64,000 nt of DNA from Candidatus Eiseniibacteriota bacterium. Lineage in GTDB: Bacteria > Eisenbacteria > RBG-16-71-46. Shown here one piece after another: positions 1 to 8,220 of this stretch (the first letter of the stretch is position 1; each line of letters opens with the position of its first letter). The notes under the pieces are model-generated. The model had not been told where the DNA came from. It was given only the letters and a program-made list of their open reading frames with translations, and made no database searches. Made by a program: the position numbers and the translations under genes. The stretch is taken from contig OY970342.1 of assembly GCA_963717505.1 (NCBI GenBank), positions 1,408,001-1,472,000 of the forward strand, in the 5' to 3' direction.

Positions 1-1
1 C

Positions 2-163
2 GATCGCGTTTACAAGAGTGTCATTCCGCGGAATGTGCGCCTCAGTGAGGCGCCGTCCTTTGGCAAACCCATCGTCCTCTATGACCCGCACAGCAGCGGC
101 GCCGAGAGTTATCGCGAGCTGGCGAGGGAGGTTCTGGAGCATGCACAGGAAGGTGTTAGGTAG
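2..163 (+). CDS. parA: ParA/Soj chromosome partitioning ATPase, 3' end (truncated by window edge)
   Basis: Manual frame-2 translation [45 protein letters not shown] is the typical Soj C-terminus; it overlaps the parB start. Confidence 0.92.
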   Translation, partial: DRVYKSVIPRNVRLSEAPSFGKPIVLYDPHSSGAESYRELAREVLEHAQEGVR

Positions 164-1004
164 GGGCCTCGAGGCCCTGATTCCCGCGGCGACGTCCGCG
201 GCAGTGGCGACTCCCGAGGCTCGACCCGCGGGCACCACCGAGCTGCCGATCGACGACATTGCCCCGAACCCCCATCAGCCGCGTGCCCGATTCGACGAAG
301 AGGCGATCAAAGAGCTGAGCCAGTCCATCAAGTCGAACGGAGTCCTTCAGCCGATCGTCGTGCGTCGAAGCCCGGGGAACGGCTACGAGTTGGTGGCCGG
401 CGAGCGGCGTCTGCGGGCCTCGCGGATGGCGGGATTGACGAACATCCCGGCGATCGTACGCCAGGTGGCGGACCGTGAAATGCTGGAAATGGCTCTGGTA
501 GAGAACATTCAGCGAGAAAACCTAAACGCGATCGAAGAGGCAAAGGCCTACCAGACCCTGCATGACAAGCTGAAGATGACCCACGATCAGATCTCGGAAC
601 GCGTTGGAAAGCAGCGGGTGTCGATCACGAACACCCTGCGCCTGCTGATGCTTCCTCCCGAGGTCCAGGACATGGTTTCACGTGAAACCCTGACGGCGGG
701 GCACGCCAGAGCGCTGCTGACTTTGCCTTCCGGAGGCGAGCAGATGATTGCCGCCCGCTACGTACAGTCCAAGGGTTTCTCCGTCCGCCGCACCGAGGCT
801 TACATTCGGCGCAAGATGCGCCGCCAGGGAGCCCGTACGCCCACTGCTCGGCGGAACGGTCTGCAGGAGTGGGAGACCAAGCTTCAACAGCGCTTCAGCA
901 CCCAAGTCGCGATTCGCAGAGGACGCAAAGGCGGCAAGGTCGAGTTCGAGTTCTACGGCGATGAGGACCTCGAGCGTCTGTTCGAGGCCTGGGGAGTGAT
1001 CTAG
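141..1004 (+). CDS. parB: ParB/Spo0J partition protein
   Basis: Likely ATG at 141 ([15 protein letters not shown]), [25 protein letters not shown]-binding motif, [12 protein letters not shown]. Confidence 0.96.
   Translation: MHRKVLGRGLEALIPAATSAAVATPEARPAGTTELPIDDIAPNPHQPRARFDEEAIKELSQSIKSNGVLQPIVVRRSPGNGYELVAGERRLRASRMAGLTNIPAIVRQVADREMLEMALVENIQRENLNAIEEAKAYQTLHDKLKMTHDQISERVGKQRVSITNTLRLLMLPPEVQDMVSRETLTAGHARALLTLPSGGEQMIAARYVQSKGFSVRRTEAYIRRKMRRQGARTPTARRNGLQEWETKLQQRFSTQVAIRRGRKGGKVEFEFYGDEDLERLFEAWGVI
674..689. promoter_or_regulatory. parS centromere site inside parB
   Basis: Perfect 16-bp palindrome GGTTTCACGTGAAACC; the inner 14 bp are identical to the parS consensus TGTTTCACGTGAAACA. 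Confidence 0.85.
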
Positions 1005-1055
1005 GTCGCGCCGATGAAGCGCGCCTGGATTCGGGAATTCACGGAGGGACACCCG

Positions 1056-1472
1056 ATGAAGTTTCTGTCGCGAACTCTTGGTACCGAATCGCCAGAGCCA
1101 CCCGGCACCATTATCGGAGTCGGAGCCAGCTTCCGCGGCACGCTCATGGTCAGCGGCACCCTGCGCGTCGAAGGTGAGCTCGAGGGGGATGTGCTGAACT
1201 GCGAGCGGTTGGAGATCGGCGAGCACGGGATCATGCGCGCCGATGTCGAAGTCAAGGAAGCCGTTATCTCCGGCCGCGTGTACGGCAATGTTCGGTCGCT
1301 CGGCGTGCTCGAGATGAAGGCCGGAGCGCGCGTCGAAGGCGACATCTCGGCGATGAGCGTGATCATGGAGCCCGGCGTGTTCTTCACCGGTCGCTGCACG
1401 ATGCTCGATACGGGCGGCACCGGTGTGGAAATGCGACCAGACCAGCTCCGACGCGAGCCCGTGCGAACGTAG
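1056..1472 (+). CDS. Bactofilin (polymer-forming cytoskeletal protein)
   Basis: TIIGVGASFRGTL...LRVEGELEGDV...ISGRVYGNV...VEGDI...EPGVFFTGRC beta-helix; GGAGG before ATG 1056. Confidence 0.9.
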   Translation: MKFLSRTLGTESPEPPGTIIGVGASFRGTLMVSGTLRVEGELEGDVLNCERLEIGEHGIMRADVEVKEAVISGRVYGNVRSLGVLEMKAGARVEGDISAMSVIMEPGVFFTGRCTMLDTGGTGVEMRPDQLRREPVRT

Positions 1473-1474
1473 GA

Positions 1475-2926
1475 ATGACCGATCGTCGATCCCTGGGATT
1501 CCTCTCCGGCGTTCGCTTCAGGTTGCGTTCGGGAATCCGAACGGCTTCGGCGGTCTCCAGCGATCCCGGCTCGTCTGGCAGTTGGCTGATCGCTTCCCGC
1601 GCCGTGCGAAATGCCGCACTGGCCCTGTCCGCCTTGATCTTGCCGAGCGGGATCTCCTTCCCATTCGCTGCCCCAACCGCGCATGCGCAGCCGCTCCCGA
1701 GGAGCGATGCCTCCAAGGGAGAGATCCCGATCGAGATTCTCGATGGCCTGGTTCTCTTCCAGGTCCGACTCTCCGGGACGAATGGGCGCGACACGGTTGG
1801 CGCGCTGGTCCTCGACACCGGGGCGGGGCGACTCGCGCTCGATCGCGGCATCGCACGATTCCTTGCAGTCGATTCAACATCAACCGATTCGGGCTCGATC
1901 ATCGTGGCAACTGGCCCGCTTGCTCGGATGACGATTGGCGAGTTTCAGCTCGATCACGTCGCGCCGGTCCTGGTGATCGATGCCGGCGCGGTGACTCAGG
2001 TCACCGACCGGGTAGTGCTGGGTCTGGTCGGTGAGCGCGCCTTCGTAGGGTTCGCCGTCGAGATCGACTACGTCGGTTCACATATGACGCTGATCCCGAT
2101 TCCCATCGCAACGGAAACGAGCGCCATGTCGCCCATTCAGCGCGCCGACCTCTCGAGGGCCGCGCTCGGCGCCAAGATTTGGCGCGAGGCCATCCCCGTT
2201 CCGCTCGAACGCGCCGGCGACGGCAAGCTGATCGTTCGAGCGCAGCTCTCGGACCCGAGGCCGCCGAAGACCGGCCGCCCCATGCGATTGATCCTCGACA
2301 CCGGCGCCACCAAAACGACTTTCTTCGAGCCGCGTCTGCGCGAAACGACACGACGCAGCTCCGAGTGGCACTCACTCAAAGGGCTCACTGCACCGACGCT
2401 CATGGGACCGGCCGAGGCCAGGATGGTGCGCGTGCCGGCGTTCGAGGTCGCGGCGGCTCAGGGCATTGCCGCCCGCGCCAAGGACGTGGATGCCGCGGTG
2501 ATCGACGGCCCACTGGGAGCGGCGCTGTCGCGCGAGGTCGGGTTCCCGGTCGACGGTTTGCTCGGGCATTCGTTCCTGCGGCGGTTCCACGTCGTGCTCG
2601 ACCCCATTCATCTGACGCTGTGGCTTGCGCCCATCGCCCACGGCTATGACGTGCGTGAGTTCGAGTACACGCACATCGGCATCCAGATCGAGCGCATCGG
2701 CGGCGCGTTGCGCGTGACCGGGGTGTGCGAGGAATCGCCAGCCCAGGTGGCGGGCATCCAGCGCGGCGACGAGTTGGTCGCCGTGGGCGGCGCCGACGTC
2801 GAGAACATGAACGTGGTCGACGTCACGCGCATGCTCGAGGGTCCGGCCGATAGCGCCATCGAAATCGTGATCCGACGCTCGGGGGTCGAGCAGCGCTTCT
2901 CGTTGTATCGCGCTCGACTCCTCTAG
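1475..2926 (+). CDS. Secreted aspartyl protease (two retropepsin-like domains) with C-terminal PDZ
   Basis: Two LDTGA motifs, GLVG and GLLG motifs, C-terminal PDZ (IGIQI...SPAQVAGIQRGDELVAV). Confidence 0.82.
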   Translation: MTDRRSLGFLSGVRFRLRSGIRTASAVSSDPGSSGSWLIASRAVRNAALALSALILPSGISFPFAAPTAHAQPLPRSDASKGEIPIEILDGLVLFQVRLSGTNGRDTVGALVLDTGAGRLALDRGIARFLAVDSTSTDSGSIIVATGPLARMTIGEFQLDHVAPVLVIDAGAVTQVTDRVVLGLVGERAFVGFAVEIDYVGSHMTLIPIPIATETSAMSPIQRADLSRAALGAKIWREAIPVPLERAGDGKLIVRAQLSDPRPPKTGRPMRLILDTGATKTTFFEPRLRETTRRSSEWHSLKGLTAPTLMGPAEARMVRVPAFEVAAAQGIAARAKDVDAAVIDGPLGAALSREVGFPVDGLLGHSFLRRFHVVLDPIHLTLWLAPIAHGYDVREFEYTHIGIQIERIGGALRVTGVCEESPAQVAGIQRGDELVAVGGADVENMNVVDVTRMLEGPADSAIEIVIRRSGVEQRFSLYRARLL

Positions 2927-2931
2927 CCGGC

Positions 2932-3852
2932 ATGTCGCAGGAGTCACGCGGTCGCTGGCTGATCGTCGGGGCTACGTTCTTCTGGGGCACATCGGCGACC
3001 TTGGCGAGGTTTCTGTTCCGCGATCTGGCGATTCCGCCGCTGGTGGTGGTCGAGCTGCGCCTCGCGATCTCGGCCCTGGTGCTGTTGGCCTGGCTGGCCT
3101 GGCGCCGGCCAGGCCTGCTCGCGATCTCCCCCAAGTCGCTACCCTCGTTGCTGGTGCTGTCGGTGGTCGGGGTCGCGATGATTCAGGGCACCTACTACTA
3201 CTCGATCTCGGTGCTCGGCGTCGGGCTCTCGATTCTGATCCAGTACCTCGCCCCGATCCTGATCGTGATCTGGGAGATCCTGCGAGGCGCCAGGCCCGGC
3301 GCCCGCACGGGCCTGATCGTGGCCGCCGCGCTCACCGGCACGGCGTTGCTCGTAGGGCAGGTCGGACCCGAAGCCGCCCGCGCCCGCCCGATCGATTGGC
3401 TCATCGGGTTCAGCAGCGCCTTCACCTTCGCGTTCTACATCGTGTACTCGAAGCGCGTGCTACAGCGACTCGCGCCCGAAACCGTTCAGGTTTACTCGTT
3501 CGTGATCGCGGCCGCCTTCTGGATGCTCGTCGTGCCGCCCGGGCGGATCCTGGCGGCGGGGTACTCGTCGTCGATGTGGGTGCTCTTTCTGGTGATCGCC
3601 CCGATTTCGGCGCTGATCCCATTCGCCATGTTCCTCGCCGGCTTGCGCCGGTTGCCCTCGACCGAAGTCGGCATCCTGGCGACGGTCGAGCCGTTGATCG
3701 CCGTGCTGTCGGCGTGGCTGTTCCTGGGCGAAGGGCTGCGCTCCCTACAGTGGCTGGGAGCGGTCCTGGTGCTGGCCGCGGCGATGATGGCGAGCACCGG
3801 GTCGGGGATCGGAATGACCAAAGGCGACGCGGCCAACGCCACGTCGCCCTGA
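2932..3852 (+). CDS. DMT/EamA family transporter
   Basis: About 10 TM helices in two repeats; FFWGTS, EPLIAVLSAWLFLGE. Confidence 0.88.
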   Translation: MSQESRGRWLIVGATFFWGTSATLARFLFRDLAIPPLVVVELRLAISALVLLAWLAWRRPGLLAISPKSLPSLLVLSVVGVAMIQGTYYYSISVLGVGLSILIQYLAPILIVIWEILRGARPGARTGLIVAAALTGTALLVGQVGPEAARARPIDWLIGFSSAFTFAFYIVYSKRVLQRLAPETVQVYSFVIAAAFWMLVVPPGRILAAGYSSSMWVLFLVIAPISALIPFAMFLAGLRRLPSTEVGILATVEPLIAVLSAWLFLGEGLRSLQWLGAVLVLAAAMMASTGSGIGMTKGDAANATSP

Positions 3853-3871
3853 TCGAGAACCGTCTCGCGGT

Positions 3872-4336
3872 TCAGCTCTTGCTCGCCATCGTCTCCATGT
3901 GTTGCTTCATCTCGGCGTCCGAAACGTCGCGAACGTGGGTGGCGATCGTCCACACGTGGCCGAAGGGATCGGTGAACGTTCCGGATCGATCCCCGTAGAA
4001 CTGATCCTGGAGCGGCTTCATCTCCTTGCCGCCCACCTTGAGCGCTCGCGGATACGCCTCGTTCACGTTGTCGACGTAGATCATCAGGCTGACCGGCGTG
4101 CCGCCGATGGTTTCCGGCCCCAGGTAGTTGAGCGACGGAACTTCATCGGCCAGCATGATGCGCGAGTTGCCAATCTGGATTTCCGCGTGACCGATCGAAC
4201 CGTCGGGCATCGGCATGCGGAACAGCTCGCGCGCGCCGAGTGCTTTCACGTAGTAGTCGAGCGCCTTGGCGGCGTTCTTCACGATGAGATACGGAGTGAT
4301 GCTGTGATAACCGTCGGGAATGGACTTCACGGGCAT
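3872..4336 (-). CDS. VOC/PhnB-like glyoxalase family protein
   Basis: SITPYLIV..AAKALDYY, HAEIQIG, DQFYGDRSGTFTDPFGHVW. Confidence 0.9.
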   Translation of the reverse strand: MPVKSIPDGYHSITPYLIVKNAAKALDYYVKALGARELFRMPMPDGSIGHAEIQIGNSRIMLADEVPSLNYLGPETIGGTPVSLMIYVDNVNEAYPRALKVGGKEMKPLQDQFYGDRSGTFTDPFGHVWTIATHVRDVSDAEMKQHMETMASKS

Positions 4337-4415
4337 GACCGACTCCTTTCAAAGGCGGTTGGCGACATCGCCTGATGGACGTGACGGCAAACCGCGGCGA
4401 CGCGCCGCGGCGTGT

Positions 4416-4877
4416 TCAGCTGGCGCGAGCCAGCCCTTCATCGGGGGTATGCAGCGCCCGCAGACGCTCCCGAACGCGCGCCACGCGCACGGCGCTCACT
4501 GTTTCGACCGCGTAGCGCTCGTCCCATGCAAGGTTACCGCGCAGCCAGACCCGCAACTCGGGAAAGTCCGCCAGCAATGTGTTGGCGGTGCGGCCCTTGA
4601 GTTCGCGAATCACGCTGGCAATGCTCTGCGACGGACGGATTGCCAACAGCACGTGGACATGGTCCGGACCCGCGGCCACCTCGAGCAGCGAATAGCCGCG
4701 GTCCTCGCACACGGTCGTGACCTGGTGGTTGAGCGCGCGCACGTGGCGATCCTTGAGCACCGGTCGTCGCGCTCGCGTACTCCAGGTGACGAGGTAGTGG
4801 AGCTGGCTGCGATACATCGGTTCCCAGCGATGGCTGAGAGTTTCCTGGATCTCGGGAGCCAGCATTCGGCTATTCAT
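4416..4877 (-). CDS. IS200/IS605 TnpA-like (Y1 HUH) protein lacking the catalytic Tyr
   Basis: QLHYLVTWSTRARRPVL, PDHVHVLL (HUH), ELKGRT, WDERYAVETVS; the helix that normally carries YIxxQ reads RLRAL; GAGGAGG RBS before ATG 4877. Confidence 0.8.
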   Translation of the reverse strand: MNSRMLAPEIQETLSHRWEPMYRSQLHYLVTWSTRARRPVLKDRHVRALNHQVTTVCEDRGYSLLEVAAGPDHVHVLLAIRPSQSIASVIRELKGRTANTLLADFPELRVWLRGNLAWDERYAVETVSAVRVARVRERLRALHTPDEGLARAS

Positions 4878-4903
4878 GACGATCTTCCTCCTCACACCCC
4901 GCA

Positions 4904-4920
4904 CCTGAACGTATGTGCAC
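4904..4920 (-). promoter_or_regulatory. Putative LexA (SOS) box upstream of the tnpA-like gene
   Basis: Minus strand GTGCACATACGTTCAGG shares the TGCAC-N4-GTTCA core with the site in the lexA promoter. Confidence 0.65.
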
Positions 4921-4933
4921 CAACGGGTCCTAG

Positions 4934-4954
4934 AAAAAGGGAGCCGAAGCTCCC
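4934..4954 (-). terminator. Rho-independent terminator downstream of lexA
   Basis: Minus strand GGGAGC-TTCG-GCTCCC-TTTTT (UUCG tetraloop plus U tract). Confidence 0.8.
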
Positions 4955-4998
4955 GGTGAAAAACTCGACTGCTTCTTGTTCATCCTGGTTCGTGTTCA

Positions 4999-5034
4999 TC
5001 CGGAGCGCGCCGGCTCGACGGGGCGCGCTCCGGA
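4999..5034. repeat. 13-bp inverted repeat in the lexA 3' region
   Basis: TCCGGAGCGCGCC-N10-GGCGCGCTCCGGA. Confidence 0.7.
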
Positions 5035-5043
5035 CTTCGAACC

Positions 5044-5646
5044 TCAGTTCATCCCGGAGCGAACCAGGCCCCGCACCACTCCCAGAATCCTGAACGAAAC
5101 TCCCTCGCGAACCGGAATCGGGCGATACCTGGCGTTGGCGGGCAACAACTCGATGCCGCCGGGGCCAGGCTTGTAGTACTTGACGGTAGCCTCGTCTTCG
5201 AGCAATGCGACGATCATCTCGCCCGGGCTCGCGGTGTTCTGATGCCGGACGACGACGAAATCGTTCTCGAGGACCCCAGCCTCGATCATGCTGTCGCCGC
5301 GCACGCGAAGCGCGAACAACTCGCCCGAGGTGCCGAACAGCTCGTCGGTCTCCAGATGACCTTCGAACGACTCCTCGGCGAGAGTCGGCTGGCCGGCGGC
5401 GACACGACCGAGAATCGGGATCCCGGTCTGACGTGCTGGGTGGCGCGAGGTCTCGATCCCGCGAGAAATTTTCTCGCTGCGCCGGAGCTTGCCCTCTTTT
5501 TCGAGTCGGTTCAGGTGGTATCGGACGCCGTTGGTCGACGCGATGCCAAACTCCTTGCCGATCTCGCGGATCGTTGGCGGGAAGCCGCGCTGACGGATGA
5601 ACCGCTCGATGAACTGGAGAATCTCCAGCGTGCGCTCGTTCCGCAT
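5044..5646 (-). CDS. lexA: LexA SOS repressor
   Basis: GFPPTIREIG..STNGVRYHL wHTH, GRVAAG cleavage site, VRGDSM catalytic Ser, EATVK catalytic Lys; GGAG RBS before ATG 5646. Confidence 0.96.
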   Translation of the reverse strand: MRNERTLEILQFIERFIRQRGFPPTIREIGKEFGIASTNGVRYHLNRLEKEGKLRRSEKISRGIETSRHPARQTGIPILGRVAAGQPTLAEESFEGHLETDELFGTSGELFALRVRGDSMIEAGVLENDFVVVRHQNTASPGEMIVALLEDEATVKYYKPGPGGIELLPANARYRPIPVREGVSFRILGVVRGLVRSGMN

Positions 5647-5695
5647 ATGGTCGACTCCTTGATTCAAAGGTCCACGTGGGACCCGGCACAGGCGG

Positions 5696-5725
5696 ATACT
5701 AGTGAACACGCGTGCAGGCCGTCAA
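5696..5725 (-). promoter_or_regulatory. lexA promoter with putative LexA box in the spacer
   Basis: Minus strand TTGACG-N18-TAGTAT with CTGCACGCGTGTTCA (5703-5717) between the -35 and -10 hexamers. Confidence 0.72.
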
Positions 5726-6153
5726 GCCCTCTTTTCAATCGCCCCCGCTGGGGGCCACGCCCCCGTCCGAACCGTCAACCGGCCGCCGAACCTGTCCACG
5801 AAAGGATCGATTTCGCTCAGGTGACGGCTGGCGGTCCGACGCGGTACCGAGCATTCCCCGGTTTCGCCTCAAGGACTTGCCCGGTTTCATGCGCCGGCGA
5901 TTCGACGTGGCGCGCGGATTGCGGTGGGCCTAGGGCGAGATCGAGAGATCTCGAACCACGACAGGCAAGGAGCGGTGGAACGGCGCCGCGGAGGTTGATC
6001 GCAATCGGGGGCCGATCGGCTGAAGCGCGTCACCCCGCTACCTTGTCGGTCGGGGAAGCCAAGCGGATCGAACGGGAGACTTCTGGTCCGCGCGAGGGTT
6101 GGCCGTGGGTGGCGACGATCACCTGCCACCTGCGGTACCTTGCGCGGCCAACC

Positions 6154-6957
6154 ATGAAGACCCCGCTCGCCACCGAGCCGGTGCTCGAGGTTCCGCGCGA
6201 CGGCGAGCTGCCCTACCTCGTCGAGCACTGGTACCTGGCCTCGCGCACTCGGCGCTACATGATCGTCCGTCGGATCCGCGAGGTCCTCGAGAGCGCCGGA
6301 TTTCGCGCCGGCGACCGCGTTCTCGACCTGGGCCCCGGCTGGTCCTACGGGCCGTTGTGGGCGTCGCACTCCGGCGCGCGGGTCACCGGCGTCGACCTCG
6401 GCCTCGACCAGCTACGCTGGGCGCAGATGGCGCTCAATTCCAGCCGCCGCTTCGCGCTGGTCCAGGCCAACGCCAAGGCGCTCCCGTTTCGCGACCAGAG
6501 CTTCGACGCCATCGTGTCGGCCGAGATGATGGAGCACGTCTTTCGGCCCGATCGCCCGGGGGTGCTCCGAGAAGCCGCGCGTGTGCTGCGCCCGGGCGGC
6601 AGCTTCGCGATCTCGACGCCGAATCCCCATTCCCCGATCGAGCTGGTCAAGACGCTCGCGGTCCGCTGGCCGGCGCTGCGCCGGCGACTGCCCTCGGGGT
6701 GTTTCCCCGAAGCCTCAGACGATGCGGGGCAGTACCACCCGTACCGTTACCATCACCCGATTGCCGCCTCCGAGCTGGCGCGTGGTCTCGAGGCCGCGGG
6801 ATTCCTCGTGCGCGGGGTTCGGCACTTCCTGTTCGTCGCCAAGACGCTGCCGGACTCGCTGCTCTCGATCGCGCAGGCCACCGAACGCGTCGCGGAAGCC
6901 CTGCCGCTGATTCGTGGACTCGGCGCCACGACCCTGGTGTGGGGGACGAGACGATGA
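6154..6957 (+). CDS. Class I SAM-dependent methyltransferase
   Basis: VLDLGPGWS, VTGVDL, ALPFRDQSFDAI, EHV, RVLRPGG; likely start ATG 6154. Confidence 0.85.
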   Translation: MKTPLATEPVLEVPRDGELPYLVEHWYLASRTRRYMIVRRIREVLESAGFRAGDRVLDLGPGWSYGPLWASHSGARVTGVDLGLDQLRWAQMALNSSRRFALVQANAKALPFRDQSFDAIVSAEMMEHVFRPDRPGVLREAARVLRPGGSFAISTPNPHSPIELVKTLAVRWPALRRRLPSGCFPEASDDAGQYHPYRYHHPIAASELARGLEAAGFLVRGVRHFLFVAKTLPDSLLSIAQATERVAEALPLIRGLGATTLVWGTRR

Positions 6958-8184
6958 ATCCGGCATTGCGGCGTTTCGCATGGACCCTCACGCCGCTCCT
7001 GCTCTCCGCCGCAGGGCTCGCGGTCGCCATCGTGCTCCTGCGCGAGCACTTGATGGTGAACGAGGGCGGCCTCGCGAGCGGCCTCTTCTGTGGCGGCGGC
7101 GGCAAGTTCGACTGCAGCGCGGTCGCGGCGCACGAAAGCTCATGGCTCTTCGGCCGGCCGCTCTCGATGTGGGGAGTGCTCTACTTCATCCTGATGTCGG
7201 CGCTGGCGCTCGCCGCGTTGCTGCCATCGATGAGGGATCGTGCGATCGCGCGCCGCGTCGCGCTGGTACTGGCGTTCGCGTCATTCGTGTTCGACGCGTG
7301 GCTCTCGTGGGTCATGGTCGCGCGCATCGGCTCGATCTGCCTCAACTGCGTCGCGACCTACGTGATCAACTTCCTGCTCGCGGTCGTGTCTGTGGCGGCT
7401 GGTGCGCCGACCTCCGGAGGCGGCGCCCGTGGCCGAGGCCGCGACTCCGAGCCCGGCGGCCTCACCCGCCGGCGGTCCTGCCGTGTGGCTCAAGGCCGGA
7501 ATCTTCGGCGCGGCACTCGCCGGCGGCGTGTTCACGTTCGCCCACACCAACGACGAAGTGACGTTGATTCGCGAGCTGGCCGACCAGGAGGCGAAGGAGT
7601 TTCTCGCCCAACTCTCGCAGCCGCCCGCTATCGACATGGCGCGCTTCGCCGGCCGGCCGTCGCGCGGTGCGGCCGACGCCGAGCTACAGATCGCGGTGGC
7701 CAGCGACTTTCAGTGCGCCTACTGCCGTTCGCTCGGCGCCCACCTCGAGCGACTGATGGCCGAATACCCGGGACGAATCCGCGTGTTGTACGTGAATGCG
7801 CCGGTCAGCCGCCGGTGCAATCCACTCATCAAGAACGACCGCCACAAGTACGCGTGCTGGCTGGCGCGCACGGCCAATTGCGCCAGGGCCCAGGGCAAGT
7901 TCTGGGAGTACCACGATCTGGTCTACAAGACGTTGCCGCAGATCCTGGTCGACAGCGCGCACGTCGCGCCGCGGCTGGCCGGCATCGGCCTCGACGTCGG
8001 GCGCGTGCAGTCGTGCATGGACTCGGGCGAGGCGCAGACGATGCTCGAGCAGGACCTCGCGATCCTCACCGAGCTGGACTTGAAGTCGATCCCCTCGCTC
8101 GTGATCAACGGCTATTCCGAGCGCGCCGGAATCTACCCATCAGCGCTCCGCGCGATCGTGACCACCATGCTCGAGCGCCGGTAG
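6954..8184 (+). CDS. VKOR-DsbA/thioredoxin fusion, frameshifted near 7390
   Basis: VKOR part (C..GKFDCSAVAAHESS, ICLNCVATY) in one frame; DsbA part (SDFQCAYC, QGKFWEYHD, SIPSLVING) in the +1 frame. Confidence 0.8.
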
Positions 8185-8220
8185 GAACCGCGCCCGGGAG
8201 CCGCTAGGATCAACCGCCCG

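Noticed and set aside
4392-5034. Active IS200/IS605 insertion sequence
   Set aside because: The catalytic Tyr is absent, there is no tnpB, and the flanking hairpins are not related to each other; kept as a TnpA-like CDS instead
5668-5683. parS-like AGGTCCACGTGGGACC in the lexA leader
   Set aside because: Four mismatches to TGTTCCACGTGGAACA and imperfect symmetry; cannot be supported without ChIP data
5242-6153. N-terminal extension of the 571-aa ORF
   Set aside because: It is antisense to lexA and runs through intergenic DNA; methyltransferase similarity starts only at ATG 6154
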